Assembly: GCA_964016885.1 (NCBI GenBank)
Contig: OZ024744.1
Span: 10,540,001-10,604,000, forward strand
DNA length: 64,000 nucleotides
Source: Eledone cirrhosa
Taxonomy: Eukaryota
Reading direction: 5' to 3'
Positions 39,401-53,900 of this stretch are shown here, in pieces; the stretch's first letter is position 1, and every line of letters begins with the position of its first letter. Position numbers and translations under genes: made by a program. The notes beneath the pieces are model-generated. The model ran no database searches, was not told the DNA's origin, and was given only the letters and a program-made list of their open reading frames with translations.

Positions 39401-42400
39401 CCAATATGTTGTGTTGTTGTACTACAATATGTTGTGTTGTTGTACTCCAATATGTTGTGTTGTTATACTCCAATATGTTGTGCTGTTGTACTCCAATATG
39501 TCATGTTGTTGTACTCCAGTATGTCTTGTTATACTCCAATATGTCGTGTTGCTGTACTCCAATATGTCATGCTGTTGTACTCCAATATTTCGTGTCGTTG
39601 TACTCCAATATGTCGTGCTTTTGTACTCCAATATGTTTTGCTGTTGTACTCCACTGTGTTGTGTTGTTGAACTCCAATATGTTGTGTTGTTGTTCTCCAA
39701 TATTTTGTGATGTTGTACTCCAATGTGTTGTGTTGTTATACTCCGATATGTTGTGTTGTGATACTCCAATGTGTTGTTTTGTTGTACTCCAATATGTTGT
39801 GTTGTTGTACTCCAATATGTTGTGTTGTTATACTCCAATGTGGTGTGCTGTTGTAATCCAATATGTTGTGTTGTACTCCAATATGTTGTGTTGTTATACT
39901 CCAATATGTAGTGTTGTTATACTCCAATATGTTATGATGTTGTACTGCAATATATTGTGTTGTTGTACTCCAATATGTCTTGTTATAGTCCAATATGTCG
40001 TGTTGTTGTACTCCAATATGTCATGCTGTTGTACTCCAATTTTTTCGTGTTGTTGTACCCCAATATGTCGTGTTGATTATACTACAATTTTTGTTGCTGT
40101 TGTACTCCAATATGTTGTGTTGTTGTACTCTAATATGTTGTGTTGTTATTCTCCAATATGTTGTGCTGTGATACTCCAATATGTTGTGTTGTTGTACTCC
40201 AATATGTTGTGTTGTTATACTCCAATATGTTGTTTTACTCCAATATGTTGTGTTGTTGTACTCCAATATGTTGTGTTGTAGTACTCCAATATGTTGTGTT
40301 GTTGTAATCCAATATCTTGTGTTGTTATACTCCAATATGTTGTGTTGTTGTACTCCAATATGTTGTGTTGTTGTTCTCCAATATGTTGTGTTGTTATACT
40401 CCAATATGTTGTGTTATGATACTCCAATATGTTGTGCTGTTGTACTCCAATATGTTGTGTTGTCGTACTCCAATATGTGATGTTGTACTCCAATATGTCC
40501 TGCTGTTATACTCCAATATGTTGTGTTGTTATACTCCAATATGTCATGGTGTTGTACTTCAATATGTCGTGTTGTTGTACTCCAATATGTTGAGTTGTTG
40601 TACTCCAATACGCGATGCTGTTGTACTCCAATATGTTGTGTTGTTGTACTCCAATATCTTGTGTTGTTATACTCCAATATGTTGTGTTGTTATACTCCAA
40701 TATGTTGTGTTTTTGTACTCCAACATGTTGTGCTGTTGTACTCCAATATGATGTGTTGTTGTACTCCAATATGATATGCTGTTGTACTCCAATGTGTTGT
40801 GTTGTTGTACTCCAATATGGTGTGCTGTTGTACTCCAAATCTCGTGTTGTTATACTCCAATGTGTTGTGTTGTTATACTCCAATATGGTGTGTTGTTGTA
40901 CTCCAATATGTTGTATTGTTTTTCTCCAATATGTCATGTTATACTCCAATATGTTGTGTTCGTGTACTGCAATATGTTGTGTTATTATACTCCAATATGT
41001 TGCGTTGTTGTACTCCAATATGTTGTGTTGTTATACTCCAATATGTCGTGTTGTTGTACTCCAATATGTTGTTTTGTTGTACTCCAATATGTCATGTTGT
41101 TGTACTCCAGTATGTCTTGTTATACTCCAATATGTCGTGTTGCTGTACTCCAATATGTCATGCTGTTGTACTCCAATATGTTTTGCTGTTGTACTCCACT
41201 GTGTTGTGTTGTTGAACTCCAATATGTTGTGTTGTTGTTCTCCAATATTTTGTGATGTTGTACTCCAATGTGTTGTGTTGTTATACTCCAATATGTTGTG
41301 TTGTTATACTCCAATATGTTGTGTTGTTATACTCCAATATGTTGTGTTGTTGTACTCCAATATGTTGTGTTGTGATACTCCAATATGTTGTGCTGTTGTA
41401 CTCCAATATGTTGAGTTGTTATACTCCAATATGTAGTGTTGTTATACTTCAATATGTTGTGTTGTTGTACTCCAATATGTTGTGTTGTTGTACTCCAATA
41501 TGTTGTGTTGTTGTACTCCAATATGTTGTGTTGTTGTACTCCAATATGTTTTGCTGTTGTACTCCACTGTGTTGTGTTGTTGAACTCCAATATGTTGTGT
41601 TGTTGTTCTCCAATATTTTGTGCTGCTGTACTCCAATTTGTGTTGTTGTACTCCAATATGTTGTGTTGTTGTACTCCAATATGTTGTGTTGTTGTACTCC
41701 AATATGTTGTGTTGTTATACTCCAATATGTTGTGCTGTTGTACTCCAATATGTCGTGTTGTTGTACTCCAATATGTTTTGATGGTGTACTCCAATATGTT
41801 GTGTTGTTGTACTCCAATATATTTTGATGTTGTACTCCAATATGTTGTGTTGCTGTACTCCAATATGTTTTGTCGTTGTACTCCAATATGTTGTGTTGTT
41901 ATACTCCAATATGTTGTGTTATTTTACTCCAATATGTTGTGTTGTTGTACTCCAATATGTTGTGTTGTTGTACTCCAATATGTTGTGTTGTTGTAATCCA
42001 ATATCTTGTGTTGTTATACTCCAATATGTTGTGTTGTTGTACTCCAATATGTTGTGTTGTTGTTCTCCAATATGTTGTTATACTCCAATATGTTGTGTTG
42101 TGATACTCCAATATGTTGTGCTGTTGTACTACAATATGTGTTGTTGTTGTACTCCAATATGTTGCGTTGTTGTACTCCAATATATCATGTTGTCGTACTC
42201 CAATATGTCATGTTATACTCCAATATGTTTTGATGCTGTACTCCAATATGTTGTGTTGTTGTACTACAATATGTTGTGTTGTTGTACTCCAATATGTTGT
42301 TTTTTGTACTCCAATATGTCATGTTGTTGTACTCCAGTATGTCTTGTTATACTCCAATATGTCGTGTTGTTGTTCTCCAATATTTTGTGATGTTGTACTC

Positions 42401-45400
42401 CAATGGGTTGTGTTGTTATACTCCAATATGTTGTGTTGTTATACTCCAATATGTTGTGTTGTTGTACTCCAATATGTTGTGTTGTTGTACTCCAATATGT
42501 GATGTTGTTGTACTCCAATATGTCGCGTTGTTGTACTCCAATATGTTGTGTTGTTATACTCCAATATTTCGTGTTGTTTTACTCCAATATGTCATGTTGT
42601 TGTACTCTAGTATGTCTTGTTATACTCCAATATATCGTGTTGCTGTACTCCAATATGTCATGCTGTTGTGCTCCAATATGTTTTGCTGTTGTACTCCACT
42701 GTGTTGTGTTGTTGAACTCCAATATGTTGTGTTGTTGTTCTCCAATATTTTGTGCTGTTGTACTCCAATTTGTGTTGTTGTACTCCAATATGTTGTGTTG
42801 TTGTACTCCAATATGTTGTGTTGTTGTACTCCAATATGTTGTGTTGTTATACTCCAATATGTTGTGCTGTTGTACTCCAATATTTCGTGTTGTTGTACTC
42901 CATACGTCGTGTTGTTGTACTCCAATATGTTTTGATGTTGTACTCCAATATGTTGTGTTGTTGTACTCCAATATGTTTTGATGTTGTACTCCAATAAGTT
43001 GTGTTGTTGTACTCCAATATGTCGTGTAGTCGTACTCCAATATGTTGTGTTCTTGTACTCCAATATGCTGTGATGTTGTACTCCAATGTGATGTGATGTT
43101 GTACTCCAATGCGATGTGTTGTTGTACTCCAATGTGATGTGTTGTTGTACTCCAATATGTTGTGCCGTTGTACTCCAATATTTTTTATTTTTGTACTCCA
43201 ATATGTTGTGTTGTTATACTCCAATATGTTGTGTTGTTATACTCCAATATGTTGTGCTGTTGTACTCCAAATCTCGTGTTGTTATACTCCAATGTGTTGT
43301 GTTGTTATACTCGAATATGGTGTGTTGTTGTACTCCAATATGTTGTATTGTTTTTTTCCAATATGTCATGTTATACTCCAATATGTTGTGTTCGTGTACT
43401 CCAATATGTTGTGTTATTGTACTCCAATATGTTGTGTTGTTATACTCCAATATGTTGTGTTGTTATACTCCAATATGTTGTGTTGTTGTACTCCAATATG
43501 TTGTCTTGTTGTACTCCAAAAGGCCATGTTATCGTACTCCAATATGTCTTGTTATACCCCAATATGTCGTGTGGCTGTAGTCCAATATGTCATGTTGTTG
43601 TACTCCAATATGTCTTGTTATAGTCCAATATGTCGTGTTGTTGTACTCCAATATGTCATGTAGTTGTATTCCAATATTTCGTGTTGTTGTACCCCAATAT
43701 GTCGTGTTGTTTATACTCCAATATCTTTTGCTGTTGTACTCCAATATGTTGTGTTGCTGTACTCCAATATGTTATGTTGTTATACTCCAATATGTTGTGC
43801 TGTGCTACTCCAATATATTGTGTTGTTGTACTCCAATGTGTTGTGTTGTTATACTCCAATATGTTGTGTTGATTTACTCCAATATGTTGTGTTGTTGTAC
43901 TCCAATCTGTTGTGTTGTTATACTCCAATATGTTGTGTTGTTATACTCCAATATGTTGTGTTGTTTTACTCCAATATGTTGTGTTGTTGTACTCCAATAT
44001 GTTGTGTTGTTGTACTCCAATATGTTGTGTTGTTGTAATCCAATATCTTGTGTTGTTATACTCCAATATGTTGTGTTGTTGTACTCCAATATGTTGTGTT
44101 GTTATACTCCAATATGTTGTGTTGTGATACTCCAATATGTTGTGCTGTTGTACTCCAATATGTTGTGTTGTTATACTCCAATATGTTGTGTTGTTTTACT
44201 CCAATATGTTGTGTTGTTGTACTCCAATATGTTGTATTGTTGTTCTCCAATATGTCGTTGTTATACTCCAATATGTCATGTTGTTGTACTCCAATATGTC
44301 GTATTGTTGTACTCCAATATGTTTTGATGTTGTACTCCAATATGTTGTGTTGTTGTACTCCAATATGTTGTGTAGTCGTACTCCAATATGTTGTATTGTT
44401 ATACTCCAATATGTTGTGCTGTTGTACTCCAATATGTTTTGATGTTGTACTCCAATATATTGTGTTGCTGTACTCCAATATGTCGTGTAGTCGTACTCCA
44501 ATATGTTGTGTTGTTGTACTCCAATATGCTGTGATGTTGTCCTCCAATATGATGTGCTGTTGTACTCCAATGCGTTGTGTTGTTGTACTCCAATATGCTG
44601 TGTTGTTATACTCCAATATGTTGTGTTGTTATACTCCAATATGTTGTGTTGGTGTAATCCAATATCTTGTGTTATTTTACTCCAATATGTTGTGTTGTTG
44701 TACTCCAATATGTTGTGTTGTTGTACTCCAATATGTTGTGTTGTTGTAATCCAATATCTTGTGTTGTTATACTCCAATATGTTGTGCTGTTGTACTCCAA
44801 TATGTTGACTTGTTATACTCCAATATGTAGTGTTGTTATACTCCAATATGTTGTGTTGTTGTACTCCAATCTGTTGAGTTATACTCCAATATGTTGTGTT
44901 GTTATACTCCAATATGTTATGTTGTTATACTCCAATATGTTGTGTTGTTTTACTCCAATATGTTGTATTGTTGATCTCCAATATGTCATATTATACTCCA
45001 TTAAGTTGTGTTCTTGTACTCCAATATGTTTTGTTGTTGTACTCCAATATGTTGCTTTGTTGTACTCCAATATATCATGTTGTCGTACTCCAATATGTCA
45101 TGTTATACTCCAATATGTTTTGATGATGTACTCCAATATGTTGTGTTGTTGTACTACAATATGTTGTGTTGTTATACTCCAATATGTTGTGTTGTTATAC
45201 TCCAATATGTTGTGTTGTTGTACTCCAATATGTCATGTTGTTGTACTCCAGTATGTCTTGTTATACTCCAATATGTCGTGTTGCTGTACTCCAATATGTC
45301 ATGCTGTTGTACTCCAATATTTCGTGTCGTTGTACTCCAATATGTCGTGCTTTTGTACTCCAATATGTTTTGATGTTGTACTCCACTGTGTTGTGTTGTT

Positions 45401-48400
45401 GAACTCCAATATGTTGTGTTGTTGTTCTCCAATATTTTGTGATGTTGTACTCCAATGTGTTGTGTTGTTATACTCCGATATGTTGTGTTGTGATACTCCA
45501 ATGTGTTGTGTTGTTGTACTCCAATATGTTGTGTTGTTGTACTCCAATATGTTGTGTTGTTATACTCCAATGTGGTGTGCTGTTGTAATCCAATATATTG
45601 TGTTGTACTCCAATATGTTGTGTTGTTATACTCCAATATGTAGTGTTGTTATACTCCAATATGTTATGATGTTGTACTGCAATATATTGTGTTGTTGTAC
45701 TCCAATATGTCTTGTTATAGTCCAATATGTCGTGTTGTTGTACTCCAATATGTCATGCTGTTGTACTCCAATTTTTTCGTGTTGTTGTACCCCAATATGT
45801 CGTGTTGATTATACTACAATTTTTGTTGCTGTTGTACTCCAATATGTTGTGTTGTTGTACTCTAATATGTTGTGTTGTTATTCTCCAATATGTTGTGCTG
45901 TTGTACTCCAATGTGTTATGTTGTTATACTCCAATATGTTGTGCTGTGATACTCCAATATGTTGTGTTGTTGTACTCCAATCTGTTGTGTTGTTATACTC
46001 CAATATGTTGTGTTGTTATACTCCAATATGTTGTTTTACTCCAATATGTTGTGTTGTTGTACTCCAATATGTTGTGTTGTAGTACTCCAATATGTTGTGT
46101 TGTTGTAATCCAATATCTTGTGTTGTTATACTCCAATATGTTGTGTTGTTGTACTCCAATATGTTGTGTTGTTGTTCTCCAATATGTTGTGTTGTTATAC
46201 TCCAATATGTTGTGTTATGATACTCCAATATGTTGTGCTGTTGTACTCCAATATGTTGTGTTGTCGTACTCCAATATGTGATGTTGTATTGTTTTTCTCC
46301 AATATGTCATGTTATACTCCAATATGTTGTGTTCGTGTACTGCAATATGTTGTGTTATTGTACTCCAATATGTTGCGTTGTTGTACTCCAATATGTTGTG
46401 TTGTTATACTCCAATATGTCGTGTTGTTGTACTCCAATATGTTGTTTTGTTGTACTCCAATATGTCATGTTGTTGTACTCCAGTATGTCTTGTTATACTC
46501 CAATATGTCGTGTTGCTGTACTCCAATATGTCATGCTGTTGTACTCCAATATGTTTTGCTGTTGTACTCCACTGTGTTGTGTTGTTGAACTCCAATATGT
46601 TGTGTTGTTGTTCTCCAATATTTTGTGATGTTGTACTCCAATGTGTTGTGTTGTTATACTCCAATATGTTGTGTTGTTATACTCCAATATGTTGTGTTGT
46701 TATACTCCAATATGTTGTGTTGTTGTACTCCAATATGTTGTGTTGTGATACTCCAATATGTTGTGCTGTTGTACTCCAATATGTTGAGTTGTTATACTCC
46801 AATATGTAGTGTTGTTATACTTCAATATGTTGTGTTGTTGTACTCCAATATGTTGTGTTGTTGTACTCCAATATGTTGTGTTGTTGTACTCCAATATGTT
46901 GTGTTGTTGTACTCCAATATGTGATGTTGTTGTACTCCAATATGTCGCGTTGTTGTACTCCAATATGTTGTGTTGTTATACTCCAATATTTCGTGTTGTT
47001 TTACTCCAATATGTCATGTTGTTGTACTCCAGTATGTCTTGTTATACTCCAATATGTCGTGTTGCTGTACTCCAATATGTCATGCTGTTGTACTCCAATA
47101 TGTTTTGCTGTTGTACTCCACTGTGTTGTGTTGTTGAACTCCAATATGTTGTGTTGTTGTTCTCCAATATTTTGTACTGTTGTACTCCAATTTGTGTTGT
47201 TGTACTCCAATATGTTGTGTTGTTGTACTCCAATATGTTGTGTTGTTGTACTCCAATATGTTGTGTTGTTATACTCCAATATGTTGTGCTGTTGTACTCC
47301 AATATGTCGTGTTGTTGTACTCCAATATCTTTTGATGGTGTACTCCAATATGTTGTGTTGTTGTACTCCAATATGTTTTGATGTTGTACTCCAATATGTT
47401 GTGTTGTTGTACTCCAATATGTTGTGTAGTCGTACTCCAATATGTTGTGTTGTTGTACTCCAATATGCTGTGATGTTGTACTCCAATATGATGTGATGTT
47501 GTACTCCAATGCGTTGTGTTGTTGTACTCCAATGTGATGTGTTGTTGTACTCCAATATGTTGTGCCGTTGTACTCCAATATCTTTTATTTTTGTACTCCA
47601 ATATGTTGTGTTGTTATACTCCAATATGTTGTGTTGTTATACTCCAATATGTTGTGCTGTTGTACTCCAAATCTCGTGTTGTTATACTCCAATGTGTTGT
47701 GTTGTTATACTCCAATATGGTGTGTTGTTGTACTCCAATATGTTGTATTGTTTTTTTCCAATATGTCATGTTATACTCCAATATGTTGTGTTCGTGTTCT
47801 CCAATATGTTGTGTTATTGTACTCCAATATGTTGCGTTGTTGTACTCCAATATGTTGTGTTGTTATACTCCAATATGTTGTGTTGTTGTACTCCAATATG
47901 TTGTCTTGTTGTACTCCAAAAGGCCATGTTATCGTACTCCAATATGTCTTGTTATACTCCAATATGTCGTATGGCTGTACTCCAATATGTCATGTTGTTG
48001 TACTCCAATATGTCTTGTTATAGTCCAATATGTCGTGTTGTTGTACTCCAATATGTCATGTAGTTGTATTCCAATATTTCGTGTTGTTGTACCCCAATAT
48101 GTCGTGTTGTTTATACTCCAATATGTTTTGCTGTTGTACTCCAATATGTTGTGTTGCTGTACTCCAATATGTTGTGTTGTTATTCTCCAATATGTTGTGC
48201 TGTTGTACTCCAATGTGTTATGTTGTTATACTCCAATATGTTGTGCTGTGCTACTCCAATATATTGTGTTGTTGTACTCCAATGTGTTGTGTTGTTATAC
48301 TCCAATATGTTGTGTTGATTTACTCCAATATGTTGTGTTGTTGTACTCCAATCTGTTGTGTTGTTATACTCCAATATGTTGTGTTGTTATACTCCAATAT

Positions 48401-50288
48401 GTTGTGTTGTTTTACTCCAATATGTTGTGTTGTTGTACTCCAATACGTTGTGTTGTTGTACTCCAATATGTTGTGTTGTTGTAATCCAATATCTTGTGTT
48501 GTTATACTCCAATATGTTGTGTTGTTCTACTCCAATATGTTGTGTTGTTATACTCCAATATGTTGTGTTGTGATACTCCAATATGTTGTGCTGTTGTACT
48601 CCAATATGTTGTGTTGTTATACTCCAATATCTTGTGTTGTTTTACTCCAATATGTTGTGTTGTTGTACTCCAATATGTTGTATTGTTGTTCTCCAATATG
48701 TCATGTTATACTCCAATAAGTTGTGTTCTTGTACTCCAATATGTTGTGTTGTTGTACTCCAATATATCATGTTGTCGTACTCCAATATGTCATGTTATAC
48801 TCCAATATGTCGTTGTTATACTCCAATATGTCATGTTGTTGTACTCCAATATGTCGTATTGTTGTACTCCAATATGTTTTGATGTTGTACTCCAATATGT
48901 TGTGTTGTTGTACTCCAATATGTTGTGTTGTTGTACTCCAATATGTTGTGTTGTTGTACTCCAATATGTTGTGTTGTTATACTCCAATATGTTATGATGT
49001 TGTACTCCAATATATTGTGTTGTTGTACTCCAATATGTTGTGTTGTTGTATTCAATACGCTGTGTTGTTGTACTCCAATATGTTGTGTTGTTGTACTCCA
49101 ATATGTAGTTGTACTCCAATATGTTGTGTTGTTGTACTCCAATAGGTTGTGTTGTTATACTCCAATATGTTGTGCTGTTGTACTCCAATATTTCGTGTTG
49201 TTGTACTCCAATACGTCGTGTTGTTGTACTCCAATATGTTTTGATGTTGTACTCCAATACGTTGTGTTGTTGTACTCCAATATGTTTTGATGTTGTACTC
49301 CAATATGTTGTGTTGTTGTACTCCAATATGTTTTGATGTTGTACTCCAATATGTTGTGTTGTTGTACTCCAATATGTTGTGTAGTCGTACTCCAATATGT
49401 TGTGTTGTTGTACTCCAATATGCTGTGATGTTGTACTCCAATGCGTTGTATTGTTGTACTCCAATGTGATGTGTTGTTGTACTCCAATATGTTGTACCGT
49501 TGTACTCCAATATTTTTTATTTTTGTACTCCAATATGTTGTGTTGTTATACTCCAATATGTTGTGTTGTTATACTCCAATATGTTGTGCTGTTGTACTCC
49601 AAATCTCGTGTTGTTATACTCCAATGTGTTGTGTTGTTATACTCCAATATGGTGTGTTGTTGTACTCCAATATGTTGTATTGTTTTTTTCCAATATGTCA
49701 TGTTATACTCCAATATGTTGTGTTCGTGTACTCCAATATGTTGTGTTATTGTACTCCAATATGTTGCGTTGTTGTACTCCAATATGTTGTGTTGTTATAC
49801 TCCAATATGTTGTGTTGTTGTACTCCAATATGTTGTCTTGTTGTACTCCAAAAGGCCATGTTATCGTACTCCAATATGTCTTGTTATACTCCAATATGTC
49901 GTGTGGCTGTACTCCAATATGTCATGTTGTTATACTCCAATATGTCTTGTTATAGTCCAATATGTCGTGTTGTTGTACTCCAATATGTCATGTAGTTGTA
50001 TTCCAATATTTCGTGTTGTTGTACCCCAATATGTCGTGTTGTTTATACTCCAATATGTTTTGCTGTTGTACTCCAATATGTTGTGTTGCTGTACTCCAAT
50101 ATGTTGTGTTGTTATTCTCCAATATGTTGTGCTGTTGTACTCCAATGTGTTATGTTGTTATACTCCAATATGTTGTGCTGTGCTACTCCAATATATTGTG
50201 TTGTTGTACTCCAATGTGTTGTGTTGTTATACTCCAATATGTTTTGATGTTGTACTGCAATATGTCGTGTTGTTGTACTCCAATATGT
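30388..50288 (+). repeat. Higher-order segmental duplication, copy 2 (~19.9 kb; 69 bp shorter near 31495)
   Basis: Same offsets as for copy 1. The match ends in the monomer starting at 50276, where 29643 is C and 50289 is T and the downstream monomer order differs. Confidence 0.95.
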
Positions 50289-53200
50289 TGTGTTGTTGTA
50301 CTCCAATATGCTGTGTTGTTATACTCCTATATGTTGTGCTGTTGTACTTCAATATGTTGTGTTCTACTCCAATATGTTGTGTTGTTATACTCCAATATGT
50401 TGTGCTGTGCTACTCCAATATATTGTGTTGTTGTACTCCAATGTGTTGTGTTGTTATACTCCAATATGTTTTGATGTTGTACTGCAATATGTCGTGTTGC
50501 TGTACTCCAATATGTCGTGTGGCTGTACTCCAATATGTCATGTTGTTGTACTCCAATATGTCGTTGTTATACTCCAATATGTCATGTTACTGTACTCCAA
50601 CATGTCGTGTTGTAGTACTCCAATATGTGTTGATGTTGCACTCCAATATGTTGTGTTGTTGTACTCCAATATGTTGTGTTGTTGTACTCCAATATGTTGT
50701 GTTGTTGTACTCCAATATGTTGTGTTGTTATACTCCAATATGTTGTGCTGTTGTACTCCAATATGTCATGTTGTTGTACTCCGATATTTCGTGTTGTTCT
50801 ACTCCAATATTTCGTGTTGTTGTACTCCAATATGTCGTGGTGTTGTACTCCAATATGTTTTGATGTTGTACTGCAATATGTCGTGTTGTTGTACTCCAAT
50901 ATGTTGTGTTGTTGTACTCCAATATGCTGTGTTGTTATACTCCTATATGTTGTGCTGTTGTACTTCAATATGTTGTGTTCTACTCCAATATGTTGTGTTG
51001 CTGTACTCCAATATGTTGTGTTGTTGTACTCCAATATGTGATGTTGTTGTACTCCAATATGTCGTATTGTTGTACTCCAATATATTGTGTTGTTATACTC
51101 CAATATTTCGTGTTGTTTTAGTCCAATATGTCATGTTGTTTTACTCCAATATTTCGTGTTGTTGTACTCCAATATGTCGTGGTGTTGTACTCCAATATGT
51201 TGTGTTGTTGTTCTCCAATATGTCGTGTTGTTATACTCCAATATGTTATGATGTTGTACTCCAATATATTGTGTTGTTGTACTCCAATATATTGTGTTGC
51301 TGTACTCCAATATGTTGTGTCGTTGTACTCCAATATGTTGTGTTGTTGTACTCCAATATGTTGTGTTGTTGTACTCCAATATGTTGTGTTGTTGTACTCC
51401 AATATGTTGTGTTGTTATACTCCAATATGTTGTGTTGTTGTACTCCAATAGGTTGTGTTGTTATACTCCAATATGTTGTGCTGTTGTACTCCAATATTTC
51501 GTGTTGTTGTACTCCAATACGTCGTGTTGTTGTACTCCAATATGTTTTGATGTTGTACTCCAATATGTTGTGTTGTTGTACTCCAATATGTTTTGATGTT
51601 GTACTCCAATATGTTGTGTTGTTGTACTCCAATATGTTTTGATGTTGTACTCCAATATGTTGTGTTGTTGTACTCCAATATGTTGTGTAGTCGTACTCCA
51701 ATATGTTGTGTTGTTGTACTCCAATATGCTGTGATGTTGTACTCCAATGCGTTGTATTGTTATACTCCAATGTGATGTGTTGTTGTACTCCAATATGGTG
51801 TGCCGTTGTACTCCAATATTTTTTATTTTTGTACTCCAATATGTTGTGTTGTTATACTCCAATATGTTGTGTTGTTATACTCCAATATGTTGTGCTGTTA
51901 TACTCCAATATGTTGTGCTGTTGTACTCCAAATCTCGTGTTGTTATACTCCAATGTGTTGTGTTGTTATACTCCAATATGGTGTGTTGTTGTACTCCAAT
52001 ATGTTGTATTGTTTTTTTCCAATATGTCATGTTATACTCCAATATGTTGTGTTCGTGTACTCCAATATGTTGTGTTACTGTACTCCAATATGTTGCGTTG
52101 TTGTACTCCAATATGTTGTGTTGTTATACTCCAATATGTTGTGTTGTTGTACTCCAATATGTTGTCTTGTTGTACTCCAAAAGGCCATGTTATCGTACTC
52201 CAATATGTCTTGTTATACTCCAATATGTCGTGTGGCTGTACTCCAATATGTCATGTTGTTGTACTCCAATATGTCGTGTTGTTTATACTCCAATATGTTT
52301 TGCTGTTGTACTCCAATATGTTGTGTTGCTGTACTCCAATATGTTGTGTTGTTATTCTCCAATATGTTGTGCTGTTGTACTCCAATGTGTTATGTTGTTA
52401 TACTCCAATATGTTGTGCTGTGCTACTCCAATATATTGTGTTGTTGTACTCCAATGTGTTGTGTTGTTATACTCCAATATGTTGTGTTGATTTACTCCAA
52501 TATGTTGTGTTGTTGTACTCCAATCTGTTGTGTTGTTATACTCCAATATGTTGTGTTGTTATACTCCAATATGTTGTGTTGTTTTACTCCAATATGTTGT
52601 GTTGTTGTACTCCAATATGTTGTGTTGTTGTACTCCAATATGTTGTGTTGTTGTAATCCAATATCTTGTGTTGTTATACTCCAATATGTTGTGTTGTTGT
52701 ACTCCAATATGTTGTGTTGTTATACTCCAATATGTTGTGTTGTGATACTCCAATATGTTGTGTTGTTGTACTCCAATATGTTGTGTTGTTATACTCCAAT
52801 ATGTTGTGTTATTTTACTCCAATATGTTGTGTTGTTGTACTCCAATATATTGTATTGTTGTTCTCCAATATGTCATGTTATACTCCAATAAGTTGTGTTC
52901 TTGTACTCCAATATGTTGTGTTGTTGTACTCTAATATATCATGTTGTCGTACTCTAATATGTCATGTTATACTCCAATATGTCGTTGTTATACTCCAATA
53001 TGTCATGTTGTTGTACTCCAATATGTCGTATTGTTGTACTCCAATATGTTTTGATGTTGTACTCCAATATGTTGTGTTGTTGTACTCCAATATGTTGTGT
53101 AGTCGTACTCCAATATGTTGTATTGTTATACTCCAATATGTTGTGCTGTTGTACTCCAATATGTTCTGTTGTTGTACTCCAATATATTGTGTTGTTGTAC

Positions 53201-53900
53201 TCCAATATGTCGTGTTGTTGTACTCCAATATGTTGTGTTGTTGTACTCCAATATGTTATGTTGTTGTACTCCAATATGTTGTGTTGTTATACTCCAATAT
53301 GTTATGTTGTTGTACTCCAATATGTCATGTTGTTGTACTCCAATATGTTTTGATGTTGTACTCCAATATGTTGTGTTGTTGTACTCCAATATGTTTTGAT
53401 GTTGTACTCCAATATGTTGTGTTGTTGTACTCCAATATGTTGTGTAGTCGTACTCCAATATGTTGTGTTGTTGTACTCCAATATGATGTGATGTTGTACT
53501 CCAATATGATGTGCTGTTGTACTCCAATGCGTTGTGTTGTTGTACTCCAATATGCTGTGTTGTTATACTCCAATATGTTGTGTTGTTGTACTCCAATATG
53601 TTGTGTTGTTGTACTCCAATATGTTGTGTTGTTGTAATCCAATATCTTGTGTTGTTATACTCCAATATGTTGTGCTGTTGTACTCCAATATGTTGAGTTG
53701 TTATACTCCAATATGTAGTGTTGTTATACTCCAATATGTTGTGTTGTTGTACTCCAATCTGTTGCGTTATACTCCAATATGTTGTGTTGTTATACTCCAA
53801 TATGTTGTGTTGTTATACTCCAATATGTTGTGTTGTTTTACTCCAATATGTTGTATTGTTGATCTCCAATATGTCATATTATACTCCAATAAGTTGTGTT
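50090..53900 (+). repeat. ~3.8-kb block repeated at ~60365-64000
   Basis: Offsets are +10274 (50112->60386, 50906->61180), +10320 (51461->61781, GGCC monomer 52173->62493) and +10113/+10110 (52954->63067, 53302->63412). Confidence 0.9.
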
